From: Sulfurimonas sp.
GTDB taxonomy: Bacteria > Campylobacterota > Campylobacteria > Campylobacterales > Sulfurimonadaceae
DNA length: 64,000 nt
NCBI RefSeq assembly: GCF_050296975.1
Contig: NZ_JBNKRX010000036.1
Span: 40,019 to 104,018, forward strand
Reading direction: 5' to 3'
This document shows, in pieces, positions 1 to 9,298 of the stretch. A program made the position numbers and the translations under genes. Position 1 is the first letter of the stretch; each line of letters starts with the position of its first letter. The notes beneath the pieces were generated by a model. The model saw only the letters and a program-made list of their open reading frames with translations, was not told where the DNA came from and ran no database searches.

Positions 1-287
1 TAGTATGTAATTTCTACTAGATTATCATTACTGATCTGTTGCTCTTGTAGTGGTTTATTATTGTCTTCAAGTAGCATTTCACCTTTGCCTGTTTGTATCC
101 AATTTAAATTAATACTTTCATTTGCACAAATGAAAGATATTGTTTCATTTAGTGCCTTTTTCTTTTTCAATTGTCCTACAGATTGTTGAGTTATATTATA
201 CTTTTCTGCTACTTTTTTGTTATTAGTTTTACCAAATATATCTTCTAAAGCCTCACTAAAGCGTAGACCTACTGTATCAATACTCAT
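1..287 (-). CDS. Phage CI-like HTH repressor, N-terminal part (runs off the window start; not in the ORF track)
   Basis: Hand translation from ATG at 287: MSIDTVGLRFSEALEDIFGKTNNKKVAEKYNITQQSVGQLKKKK...INLNWIQTGKGEM...NLVEITY. HTH plus the 'NLNW..TGKGEM' motif typical of CI-like repressors. Confidence 0.75.
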   Translation of the reverse strand, partial: MSIDTVGLRFSEALEDIFGKTNNKKVAEKYNITQQSVGQLKKKKALNETISFICANESINLNWIQTGKGEMLLEDNNKPLQEQQISNDNLVEITY

Positions 288-309
288 AAAATACCTTTTT
301 GAAATATTT

Positions 310-351
310 TGTTTCAAATATATTGACAAATGAAACAAATTGTTTTATAAT
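310..351 (+). promoter_or_regulatory. Consensus sigma70 promoter divergent from the repressor, overlapped by an inverted-repeat operator candidate
   Basis: TTGACA 323-328, 17-nt spacer, TATAAT 346-351. Inverted TGTTTCA (310-316) and TGAAACA (331-337) flank the -35. Confidence 0.75.
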
Positions 352-373
352 ACTCTTATCGTTTACATCACTT

Positions 374-682
374 TCACAAAATAATACTAAAAAGGATTGT
401 TAGGAATGCAATATAGTTTTCTTCACTATCTTCAAACTCTTCAAACCATTTGGAATTTTTTTGACCTTTATCTGCATATTTACCTATTATTCTTCCTTTA
501 CCAAGTTTTAATTTATTATTCATACCTGAATATGCGGGGTCAGTAGCTATTACATCAATACTATTATCTGGTAATTTTTTTAAAAATGATATTACATCAT
601 CTTTATATATTTTAATATCTTTATTATTATAAGTGAAAGTATATTCTTCATTAATTATAGTTGTTTTCATAACTTGGGTCAT
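374..682 (-). pseudogene. Truncated N4/N6 DNA methyltransferase (N-terminal fragment)
   Basis: 'DVISFLKKLPDNSIDVIATDPAY' matches motif IV (DPPY-like) of beta-class MTases. The frame ends after about 100 aa in a non-homologous tail, with no motif I. Confidence 0.75.
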
Positions 683-1254
683 GTGATGATTCTCATTTTA
701 TATTTTGTTCCTATTGTACAATAAGGAAGATTTGAAATAATTTAACTAAAGTTTATTTTGTATGCAGACACAACAATTTATTCAACAAACATTATATACA
801 AAACAGCTCTATATATCCAAATTAAATGACACAAAAAATGTTTATTTAAATTGGGTTTTTATTGTAAAAGTAATATTTTTGTCATTTTTTTAGAAAAACT
901 TCCAAAATTCAATGTACATTTAAAAATATAATAGCCGTTATTTGAACATTTTGTCGTTTAATTGTTAAAAAAAAGTGTTAAATGAACATTTTGCATGTTT
1001 AATTTTGAGAACGAAACATGAAACAGATGAGTGATTTACACTTATAAGATATGTATCTTCTTAAAGTTTTTATTTTAACTTAATAAGTTTTATTTTATTT
1101 TATAATATGTATAATTTTTTACTGTAGTTAAACAAAAATAATTTTTATTAGTTATTTATTATCTATATATATTGTAAAAAGCCAAAGATAAAAATGTTTA
1201 ACAAGTTGCTGGTATTAAGGCTTTAGCATAAAACAAGAATAGAAAGGAAAACTA

Positions 1255-2292
1255 ATGTCAGAATATTTAACAGAGTCAGTAAGTATCTCAAGACACCTCC
1301 GTCCTAATGAATCATTAGAAATTGAAGCAACAGTTCCAAATGCTGGAGCAATTGTTGCTATGACTTCGGCAAAATGGGATCGTATTTTTCCTCCTGATCC
1401 TACAAAAAGACTTTTGGAAATATATAAACCAAATACAACATCACCAATTGTTAGTCGTTTGGATGGAGGATTTGGTATCAAAACTTTTCTTCATTCTTCA
1501 GCCTCTGCTGGTGATACTGGAGTATGGAAAGCACGTGTGACAAATAAAGAAAATTCAACTGAGATTTTTAAACTCACACTTTCTTATCCTGGGACAACAG
1601 AGATAAAAACTATTCAAGTCCCTGTTTCTTTGATTGATGCATTTGTGCAACAAACATTAGAGCAGATAACTATCCATTTAACAAACGGAGATAACAATAG
1701 TTATATACGTTTTCCAGCATCTATGAATGTAGGAGATCAACATTTTACTATTCCAGGGTATAGTAAAAATATCAATATGCCTTGGCCAGTTCCCGATATA
1801 AAAATAAGGGAACACATATCAAATATTAATTCTAAATCAGTTGATGTGGCATTAGGAAATAGAAATAGTGACTTTTCTAATGGTTATATTGATATGAATG
1901 TAGTTTTTGAAACATCAGGACATGAAATAAAAGGTACACTTGATGCAAATATTGGACATATGGATTTAACAGTTAAGTTAGGCTTAACAGTTGAGAATAG
2001 ACGTGTTACATATGAAGATGATAACATAGAAGTAGATTTTCCAATTACTATCGATCTTGTAAATGTTCCAGATTTCATTGAAGATGCTGTAAATGGATTG
2101 ACTAGTTTTCGCAAAAAAATTCGTAATGCTGTTATAGCTAAAATCAAAAGTGTATTTGCTGCAAACTCTACTAGAGAAGCATTAAGTAATGCACTCAATA
2201 ATCAGTTAAGAACATTACTTGGTGAAAATGCACAAATTGTTTTAGCAAAAGTGGAAAACAATACCCTTACAATTAAGTACTATAACTCTTAA
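1255..2292 (+). CDS. Hypothetical protein, 345 aa, beta-rich
   Basis: Long ORF with an upstream AAGGAAA and a downstream hairpin. No family recognised. Confidence 0.75.
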   Translation: MSEYLTESVSISRHLRPNESLEIEATVPNAGAIVAMTSAKWDRIFPPDPTKRLLEIYKPNTTSPIVSRLDGGFGIKTFLHSSASAGDTGVWKARVTNKENSTEIFKLTLSYPGTTEIKTIQVPVSLIDAFVQQTLEQITIHLTNGDNNSYIRFPASMNVGDQHFTIPGYSKNINMPWPVPDIKIREHISNINSKSVDVALGNRNSDFSNGYIDMNVVFETSGHEIKGTLDANIGHMDLTVKLGLTVENRRVTYEDDNIEVDFPITIDLVNVPDFIEDAVNGLTSFRKKIRNAVIAKIKSVFAANSTREALSNALNNQLRTLLGENAQIVLAKVENNTLTIKYYNS

Positions 2293-2307
2293 TGTAATGT
2301 TGAAATT

Positions 2308-2352
2308 GAGAAATATTTTAGCTGAGATATAAGGCTAAATATTTCTCTTTTG
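2308..2352 (+). terminator. Rho-independent terminator candidate
   Basis: GAGAAATATTT...AAATATTTCTC inverted repeat followed by TTTT, just after the 1255-2292 stop. Confidence 0.6.
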
Positions 2353-2425
2353 AGTGTTATTATATAGTTATTCGAATTCCATCTAGTTTCAAGCTATACA
2401 GGAGTTTGTAAGGTCTTTTTAGAGC

Positions 2426-2524
2426 TTAGTCCTTCAAAAGTCCTACCTCTTTTTAGTCCTTCTCATATATAAATTCATTGAAAAGATTATAGCAAAACTT
2501 GTTATATTTTTTGTTTTTAGTCCC
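2426..2524. repeat. TTAGTCC(T) repeat cluster, candidate integrase arm-type sites (left end)
   Basis: ttagtcct 2426-2433 and 2453-2460, aagtccta 2438-2445, ttagtccc 2517-2524. The same motif clusters at 29425-29482. Confidence 0.55.
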
Positions 2525-2661
2525 TTTAAATCAGTAAGTCAAATCTCATCATATTAACACAATATATTGCTTTGTATATTAATTATTATATAATCAGTTA
2601 AAAACTTGAGGTCACAATTTGTGACCTTAAAAATATTAAACTAATAAGATGAAGAAAAAGT

Positions 2662-3534
2662 ATGCAAGAACTTACAACTACGAATACAGATATTAAATCA
2701 AAAATCTATACTATTAGAGATAAACAAGTGATGTTAGATAGAGACTTAGCAGAGCTTTATGGTGTAGAACCAAAAAGATTAAACGAACAAGTAAAAAGAA
2801 ACATTGAAAGATTTCCTGAAAATTTTAGATTTCAGTTAAATGAAGATGAAAAAAATGAACTGGTCGCAAATTGCGACCACTTAAATACACTCAAACATTC
2901 AACATCTCTTCCTTATGTTTTTACAGAACAAGGTGTATCAATGTTAAGTGCAGTTTTGAGAAGTAAAACAGCAATAGAAGTTAGTATTAAGATTATAGAC
3001 AGCTTTGTGAATATGAGAAAGTTCATAGCTAGTAATGAATTTTATTTAACGCAATTAAAAAATATAGAAAAAAGACAATTAGCTTATGAGATTAAAAGTG
3101 ATGAAAAGTTTGATAAAATCTTCAAAGCCCTTGAAAGTGGTGAACAGGTACAAACTCAAGGAATTTTCTTTAACGGGCAAATATTTGATGCTCATACTTT
3201 TGTATCTGATTTAATCAGGAAAGCAACAAAAAGCATCATCGTTATAGACAACTATGTAGATGACTCAACATTAACACTACTGAGTAAAAATCAAAATGTT
3301 GATATTACGCTTTACACTCACACAGTTACAAAAGCTTTAAAACAAGATATTGAAAAATACAACAAACAATACAGAAAACTTGATGTAAAAACAAATAAGA
3401 ACTTTCATGATAGATTTTTAATCATTGATGAACAAGAGGTTTATCATATAGGTGCAAGTTTGAAAGACTTAGGGAAAAAAGTGTTTGGATTTTCAAAAAT
3501 ACAAGACTACACACATCTTCTAAAGCTTCTGTAA
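2662..3534 (+). CDS. ORF6N (KilA-N-like) domain protein with C-terminal PLD-like domain
   Basis: 'IYTIRDKQVMLDRDLAELYGVEPKRLNEQVKRNIERFPENFRFQL...PYVFTEQGVSMLSAVL' is ORF6N. The C-terminus has 'HDRFLIID..VYHIGASLKDLGKK'. Confidence 0.88.
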   Translation: MQELTTTNTDIKSKIYTIRDKQVMLDRDLAELYGVEPKRLNEQVKRNIERFPENFRFQLNEDEKNELVANCDHLNTLKHSTSLPYVFTEQGVSMLSAVLRSKTAIEVSIKIIDSFVNMRKFIASNEFYLTQLKNIEKRQLAYEIKSDEKFDKIFKALESGEQVQTQGIFFNGQIFDAHTFVSDLIRKATKSIIVIDNYVDDSTLTLLSKNQNVDITLYTHTVTKALKQDIEKYNKQYRKLDVKTNKNFHDRFLIIDEQEVYHIGASLKDLGKKVFGFSKIQDYTHLLKLL

Positions 3535-3580
3535 ATCATCGTCTAAAACAAATACAAAATAATCTATGCTAAAAAAATAA

Positions 3581-3627
3581 ACTCAAAAAAGCAAGGTAGT
3601 ACAAGTCTCCACCTTGCTTTTTTGAGT
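3581..3627. terminator. Long hairpin or terminator candidate at the code-11/code-25 boundary
   Basis: ACTCAAAAAAGCAAGG...CCTTGCTTTTTTGAGT, a 16-bp inverted repeat. Confidence 0.55.
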
Positions 3628-3675
3628 AGTTATTTTTTTTCTTATCACATACTTTATTTTTTAATTTTTGTGATT

Positions 3676-4008
3676 ATGAATGAAAATACTCTTATATCAG
3701 TAATATCTTCTATTACTAACTCTTGATACCTAGATGTTAAATTTCTAATAGATAGAGTAGAAGAACACTCTCTTGATATATCAGATATCATCGAAAATGT
3801 TGAATTCAACTTTTGAAAAGAGTTTAAATCTGATATTAACTATCTAATCAATGAAGCTTTAAATCAAATAGCTTGTAAATTCATCGAATCTCATGAAGAA
3901 CTATTTGAAAATGAATCAGATGAATTTGAGATATATACAAACTATATGGATAGTCATATATATTTTACATCTGAAAAAGCTCAAGATGAGTTTGAGAAAT
4001 TCTATTAG
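3676..4008 (+). CDS. Hypothetical acidic protein, 110 aa, readable only with TGA=Gly (code 25)
   Basis: Hand translation MNENTLISVISSITNS*YLDVKFLIDRV...NVEFNF*KEFKSD...DEFEKFY, ending in TAG. Two in-frame TGA, no internal TAA/TAG. Confidence 0.6.
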
Positions 4009-4243
4009 GATTTCTCTTTTTGTACTAAAAAATTAATGCTGTGTTAATATCTCATTCATATAATAAATTTTCATAAGTATTGACTATATGATTACAATTC
4101 TTTGTTCCAAAAAATTGACATTTCGTACCCTCTATTTTTAGCTAATTTAAGCCAAAAAGTAGGCTTATTTTTTTGTCAAAAATCCAAAAATGTGTTTTAA
4201 TAAATTTAGTTGCGCAACTATTTTACATTTTAAATCAAAACAA

Positions 4244-4678
4244 ATGAGTCTATTTGAAACCTTACTTGAAATAAAAACAGAGAAGAAAGATTTACTACTA
4301 AAAGCTGTATATGTTTCTGAGTGTAATAGCTTATGAGAAGATGAGAGTTATATCTATTATTATGACCTCTTAAATCATACTTTTTACATAAATGACATAG
4401 ATTGATGAAGTTCTTGAAGAACTAGTGCTATCAATTGTATTGAAAGTATTATGAATAAAGCTTTCAAACAGGAGATGAATTCTTTTGTGGATATCCTCAA
4501 AAAAATTCAAATCACTAAAAAACCAAAAGTATTTTGTTTTTACAGGCAAAAAAATACTAAGTTGGTTGTTATAGATAAAATCTCTTTGAAAGTTAAAAGG
4601 GGAGTCCATGAAGAGATTTTATCTTTTCATTACCCTGAATGGAATCAAGGTAATATGAAATTAAAAATAATGAATTAA
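4244..4678 (+). CDS. Hypothetical protein, 144 aa, code 25 (the track shows only its last 75 aa, 4451-4678)
   Basis: ATG 4244 is in frame with 4451: ...CNSL*EDESY...INDID**SS*RTSAINCIESIMNK... Four in-frame TGA, ends TAA. Confidence 0.6.
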
Positions 4679-4724
4679 TACTATCTTTTGTATAATCAAA
4701 TCTATCAAGAAAAAGGTTTTTAAA

Positions 4725-5042
4725 ATGGATGATGACTTTGAAGATTTTAGAAGATACGAAGAATATCAAAGACAAAAAGATGCTCAGTTTGCCAAAGGTG
4801 TTGGAAACTTTTTATTCTATTATATAGGCTATGCTTTTGTATGGTTGTTTACATCTGCATTTACTGCAACGGTTCTAGAAAATATGTTTGGAGTTGGAAC
4901 TGGTACATCATTACTTGTTGGAGTAATATCAGGTTTTCTAATTTTCAAAGTACCATATGTCAAAGCCAATCCATTTAAAAGTTTTATTGTTATCTGTTTT
5001 ATCTTCGGATTGTTCATCGTAGCATTTCAGAAGAATTCTTAA
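4725..5042 (+). CDS. Small membrane protein (about 3 TM)
   Basis: Acidic N-terminus followed by hydrophobic segments. All Gly are GGN codons; ends TAA. Confidence 0.7.
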   Translation: MDDDFEDFRRYEEYQRQKDAQFAKGVGNFLFYYIGYAFVWLFTSAFTATVLENMFGVGTGTSLLVGVISGFLIFKVPYVKANPFKSFIVICFIFGLFIVAFQKNS

Positions 5043-5192
5043 GAACAATATATAGCCTTGGAAAGGCTATAGCAAGTTTGCATATGCTCTTGAATTCTTG
5101 AGAATTCAATTTACAAATGCGAAACTTGTTCAGGGAAATTAGGACAAGTCCTATCCCTAAAAACCCTTAATCGTATAAATAAAGGAATAAAA

Positions 5193-5897
5193 TTGATAAA
5201 GAATGATTTACAAAATTTTCTTAAAAAAAAGAGAATGATGAAAAAAGAAGTTTCCTCTATAGCAATTTCAACAGCAGTATCTATAGGAGTAGCATGTGTA
5301 TCAGGTGCTTTTGTTCTAGGTAAATTTATAGCACAATATGAATATATGGAACAACAACAAGAGAAACAAAAAAAGAGTTTAATATCTAAAATAGTAGAAA
5401 CAGAAATTTTATCTGAAGAGTTTTCTATTCCTGAATATAATAAAAAAGACAAAGAAATAAATAAAACTATTCAAAAGTATATTAGAGATAATCGAACTGA
5501 ATCTGAAAATAAACTAGAAGATACAAATCAAAAATGTTATGAGGGTATTGATTATAAAGAACCGTATATATTTGAAGAGAAGCAAGTAAGAGCAAAAAAT
5601 TCAGAAAAAATGGTAAATTTATGTCAAAAAGCAGTTTTATTAGACCCTTCTAATTCAAAAACCTTATTTTATTTAGCAGTTGCATATAACAAAAATAGAG
5701 ATTATACAAGGGCAATTGAAAGTTTGGAAGAAAGTGCTAATTTGGAGAATAGAATAGCTCAAAGAAAGTTAGGTATTATGTATAGAACAGGTAGTCTAGT
5801 GGAAAAGAATACTGAAAAATATTCCCATTATTTTAGTTTAGCTTCTGCAAATGGTGATAAGGCTTCTAAAATTATTCAGTATCATAATTATTATTAA
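5193..5897 (+). CDS. Membrane-anchored Sel1/TPR-repeat protein
   Basis: N-terminal TM; C-terminal 'LFYLAVAY...RAIESLEESANLENRIAQRKLGIMYRTG...YFSLASANGD' Sel1-like repeat. The true start may be one of the Met codons near 5235. Confidence 0.75.
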   Translation: MIKNDLQNFLKKKRMMKKEVSSIAISTAVSIGVACVSGAFVLGKFIAQYEYMEQQQEKQKKSLISKIVETEILSEEFSIPEYNKKDKEINKTIQKYIRDNRTESENKLEDTNQKCYEGIDYKEPYIFEEKQVRAKNSEKMVNLCQKAVLLDPSNSKTLFYLAVAYNKNRDYTRAIESLEESANLENRIAQRKLGIMYRTGSLVEKNTEKYSHYFSLASANGDKASKIIQYHNYY

Positions 5898-5901
5898 ATA
5901 T

Positions 5902-6132
5902 TTATCTCTCCCTACTAAAATCATCTCTCACAGCTTCTTGACCTCTCTCCATGAAGAAAAGAATAGTTGAAGAGAGAGTAGGTCTGTTTAGCATTTTTTG
6001 CATTTTCACTAAATAATCATACTCGTCTTGAGTTAGGGCTACAGTAATTCGTTTCTCCCTTTTTTGCTCATCATCAAGCTTTGGTCTACCAACACTTCTA
6101 TTTTTTCTTTGGTCTTTTTCTTGTTCAGTCAA
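5902..6132 (-). CDS. Small DNA-binding regulator (GRP motif plus ribbon-helix-helix-like)
   Basis: 'VGRPKLDDEQKREKRITVALTQDEYDYL'. The likely start is TTG at 6132 after AAAGGA; the track starts at 6189. Confidence 0.65.
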   Translation of the reverse strand: MTEQEKDQRKNRSVGRPKLDDEQKREKRITVALTQDEYDYLVKMQKMLNRPTLSSTILFFMERGQEAVRDDFSRER

Positions 6133-6312
6133 ATTATATCCTTTGTAAAAAGTATATAGTATCACATATAAAGAATATATTAACATCACTAAACTATTTA
6201 AATCTACTCAAATATATTTATTGAGTAATAATATAATAAAATGATGCAATAAATTAATAAATACATAAGTTATTATACTTTATCATTCATTAAATCATTC
6301 AAGGAGTCCGAA

Positions 6313-6540
6313 ATGAGTAGTGAAGAAAAAGTAATATTTGATACTTTATACACTAAGTATAAAAAGATGGCTATCTCTAAAAAAGAGATGTCTCGTGAAA
6401 CAGGTATGAGTATATCTACACTTGATAGACTCAGACGTGCAGGACATGGATGTTCATATATTCAGCAAGGTGTTGGAGATGTGTCATATCCTTTAATTGA
6501 ACTAGCAAAATATTTTGCTAATACTATAAAAACACTCTAA
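6313..6540 (+). CDS. Excisionase/AlpA-like HTH DNA-binding protein
   Basis: 75 aa, 'ISKKEMSRETGMSISTLDRLRRAGHG', AAGGAG SD. First gene of the mobilization operon. Confidence 0.7.
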   Translation: MSSEEKVIFDTLYTKYKKMAISKKEMSRETGMSISTLDRLRRAGHGCSYIQQGVGDVSYPLIELAKYFANTIKTL

Positions 6541-6551
6541 GTAAAAAAAAC

Positions 6552-6920
6552 ATGACAACTACAGAGTATCAAAAAGCTTACAAGAAAAGTTATAGTCAAA
6601 AAAATAAGATTGTAACTTTTCCGTTAAGCATTCCATTTTATGATGAACTAAAACGAAGAGCTATACTTTTTGATGTAAGTGTAAACACTTACGCAAAAAA
6701 TATAGTTAATGGTTCACTCAACAGCTCTTCTGTAACAATTCTCACTCAAGAGAAACAAGAGATTATTAATGAATATATCCGTATATCAAGAGGGATTGCA
6801 AATAATATCAACCAAATAGCTCATCAAACTAATATAACTGAGCAAATTGATATAAGTATACTCATTAATGCGCTCAAAAACTACGAAGAAGAGTTCAAGA
6901 AATTAATCCAAAAAATCTAA
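6552..6920 (+). CDS. mobC: Relaxosome accessory protein MobC
   Basis: 'ISRGIANNINQIAHQTN' matches the MobC G(N)NxNQIA motif. Lies directly upstream of the relaxase. Confidence 0.82.
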   Translation: MTTTEYQKAYKKSYSQKNKIVTFPLSIPFYDELKRRAILFDVSVNTYAKNIVNGSLNSSSVTILTQEKQEIINEYIRISRGIANNINQIAHQTNITEQIDISILINALKNYEEEFKKLIQKI

Positions 6921-6923
6921 ATT

Positions 6924-7745
6924 ATGATAATAAAATCTATGAGCAGAAAAAGTAAATCTTTTTCTCAACTCTATGACTATTTTTGTCGTGAAGAAGCTAC
7001 ATATAGATTTTCACGAAACACTTATTCTAACGCATATAACAGAGAAAAAACTCTCAAAGAGTTCTACAATAACGCAAGGTATTTAAAAGGTGCTAGAGGT
7101 AATTTATATCTTTATCATGAAGTAATATCTTTAGACAAAAATAATCTCTCATCCGAACAAGAACAAAAAATACTTTTAGATCTTGTTGATAAGTATATCA
7201 GCCTAAGAGCAATGTATCATTTAAGTTTTGGAGTAGTACATCAAGATAAAGATAATACTCATGTACATTTGATGATAAGTGCCAATGAAATAGGTGGTTT
7301 AAAACGTATTCGCTTATCAAAAAAAGAGTATGCCTATATTCAAAAAGAACTGGAAAATTATAAAAATCAAAGATACCCTGAGTTAAGAAAAACAGCCTTG
7401 TATCAAGGTAGTAAAAATCTATCTAAAGCTAAACAAAAAGAGCAAGAAATAACTATCAGAGGTGCTACAACTATTAAACAGGAGATATATAACAATCTTC
7501 AAAGTGTATTCAATAAAGCAAGTTCATTAACATATCTCAATAATCATTTAAAAAATCTTGGTTATAAAGTCTATAAAAGAGGTAAAACTATCAGTATTAC
7601 TTACGAGGGTAAAAACTATAGATTAAAAACTCTTGGACTGGAACAACAATACAAAAACACTCTTTCAAAACTTGAAAGAATAAAAGAAAGAGAAATTAAA
7701 CGGGATAAAACTAAAGAAGATAGAAATATAAATAGAGATAGATGA
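6924..7745 (+). CDS. Relaxase/mobilization nuclease (MOBP-like)
   Basis: 'YHEVISL' and the HUH motif 'VVHQDKDNTHVHLMISAN'. Confidence 0.85.
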   Translation: MIIKSMSRKSKSFSQLYDYFCREEATYRFSRNTYSNAYNREKTLKEFYNNARYLKGARGNLYLYHEVISLDKNNLSSEQEQKILLDLVDKYISLRAMYHLSFGVVHQDKDNTHVHLMISANEIGGLKRIRLSKKEYAYIQKELENYKNQRYPELRKTALYQGSKNLSKAKQKEQEITIRGATTIKQEIYNNLQSVFNKASSLTYLNNHLKNLGYKVYKRGKTISITYEGKNYRLKTLGLEQQYKNTLSKLERIKEREIKRDKTKEDRNINRDR

Positions 7746-7792
7746 TATTCAAGAAAAACAAGAACTAATAGAATTTAGCTAAAATATGCACT

Positions 7793-9295
7793 ATGGAAAT
7801 TTTAGCTCTTATATTTATAACTTTTATCGCTTTTATGGGTATGAACGGACTATTTAGAAAAATGGGTATTAAAGCACTCAATCCGTTAGGCTTGATAGTA
7901 TCTTTTTTAACATCTCCACCACTTAAAAGTGATGGGATGATGAATAAACAAGAAGAGTTAAAAATATTTTCACGCTTTAATGACGGTCTTTTAATAGATG
8001 GAAAAAAGAAAAGACTCTCTTTAAAAGAGAGTTGTAACCACTTGGCACTTTTTAGCAGAACAGGTGGAGGAAAAACTACTAGCTATGTAATTCCAAATAT
8101 CTTTAAATTAGCTTCTGAAAACTGCTCTATGGTAATTACTGACCTAAGTGGGGAGCTATATGAAAAAACAAGCGGATATTTAAATGCTCAAGGCTTTAAA
8201 GTATATGTACTTGACCCGAAAGATTTAGAGAGTTCTATACGATACAACCCTCTTGAATATGCTAAAAGTTCAATCTCAATTGATATGGTTAGTGAAATAC
8301 TTATAGCTTCTTCAGGTCTGAAAGGTACAAGGGCAGAAGACAAAATATGGAGTGATGGAGCAAAGCATATAATCTCTATATTTATCAAGGTACTTAAAGA
8401 GACAAACGACAAACGATTTATCAATCTAGCAAATGTTAGATATATGCTAAACAATTTTGGAAGAAACGGACAGGCTCTTGATGAGTTCGTGAAGACGTAT
8501 GCAGATGATAAAACCTTTGAAGAGTACAAAGGGTTTGTCAACGGTAATGAAAAAACTATTCAAAGTTTTATAGCTACTGCAAATGCTTCATTAAGTCCTA
8601 TCGGGATTAATGATAATCTTGAAAAACTTACTTACTCTCACTCTATAGACTTTAAAAAATTTAGAGAAGAAAAATCAGTCGTATATATCCGTATTGAACA
8701 ACAATATCAGGAACAATATAGCTTTTTACTCAATCTCTTTTATGCTCAACTCTTTAATGAGATGATGGATAGACTGCCTACACAAAAAGATTATCCACTT
8801 TACTGTTTATTAGATGAGTTTGGGAATATGCAGATACCTAGATTTTCTTCAATCATTACAACAATTAGAAAGTACAAAGTCTCTATCTCTATTATCTTAC
8901 AAAATATCAATCAATTAGTAGCAAAATACTCTGAAAATGAAGCTAAGACTATACTTGATGGTGGTATTGCCTCAAAACTAATATATAGCGGTGCTGATTT
9001 AGATTTAGCAACACAACTTGAAAAGATGTTCGGTCATAAAGAGAGTCTAAAACAACAAGCTAATGGAACTCATCACTATGAAAAAGAGAGTGTTATGAGT
9101 GTAAGTGAAATAAGAACTATGAAAGATAATGAAGCTTTATTTGTGTATGCGAATAAAAAGCCTTTAAAGCTAGATGTAAAACCATATTTCAAAGATATGA
9201 TGTACAACAGTTATTCAAGATTAGCACCTTATCAATCAATGCAAAATACCTATGCTGATAGGGTGGTTTATGTTGATTTAGAAAATGTGGAGTAA
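7793..9295 (+). CDS. virD4: Type IV coupling protein (VirD4/TraG family)
   Basis: N-terminal TM, Walker A 'SRTGGGKTTSYVIPN', 'TDLSGELY', Walker B 'LLDEFGN', 'RKYKVSISIILQNINQL'. Confidence 0.9.
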   Translation: MEILALIFITFIAFMGMNGLFRKMGIKALNPLGLIVSFLTSPPLKSDGMMNKQEELKIFSRFNDGLLIDGKKKRLSLKESCNHLALFSRTGGGKTTSYVIPNIFKLASENCSMVITDLSGELYEKTSGYLNAQGFKVYVLDPKDLESSIRYNPLEYAKSSISIDMVSEILIASSGLKGTRAEDKIWSDGAKHIISIFIKVLKETNDKRFINLANVRYMLNNFGRNGQALDEFVKTYADDKTFEEYKGFVNGNEKTIQSFIATANASLSPIGINDNLEKLTYSHSIDFKKFREEKSVVYIRIEQQYQEQYSFLLNLFYAQLFNEMMDRLPTQKDYPLYCLLDEFGNMQIPRFSSIITTIRKYKVSISIILQNINQLVAKYSENEAKTILDGGIASKLIYSGADLDLATQLEKMFGHKESLKQQANGTHHYEKESVMSVSEIRTMKDNEALFVYANKKPLKLDVKPYFKDMMYNSYSRLAPYQSMQNTYADRVVYVDLENVE

Positions 9296-9298
9296 TGA

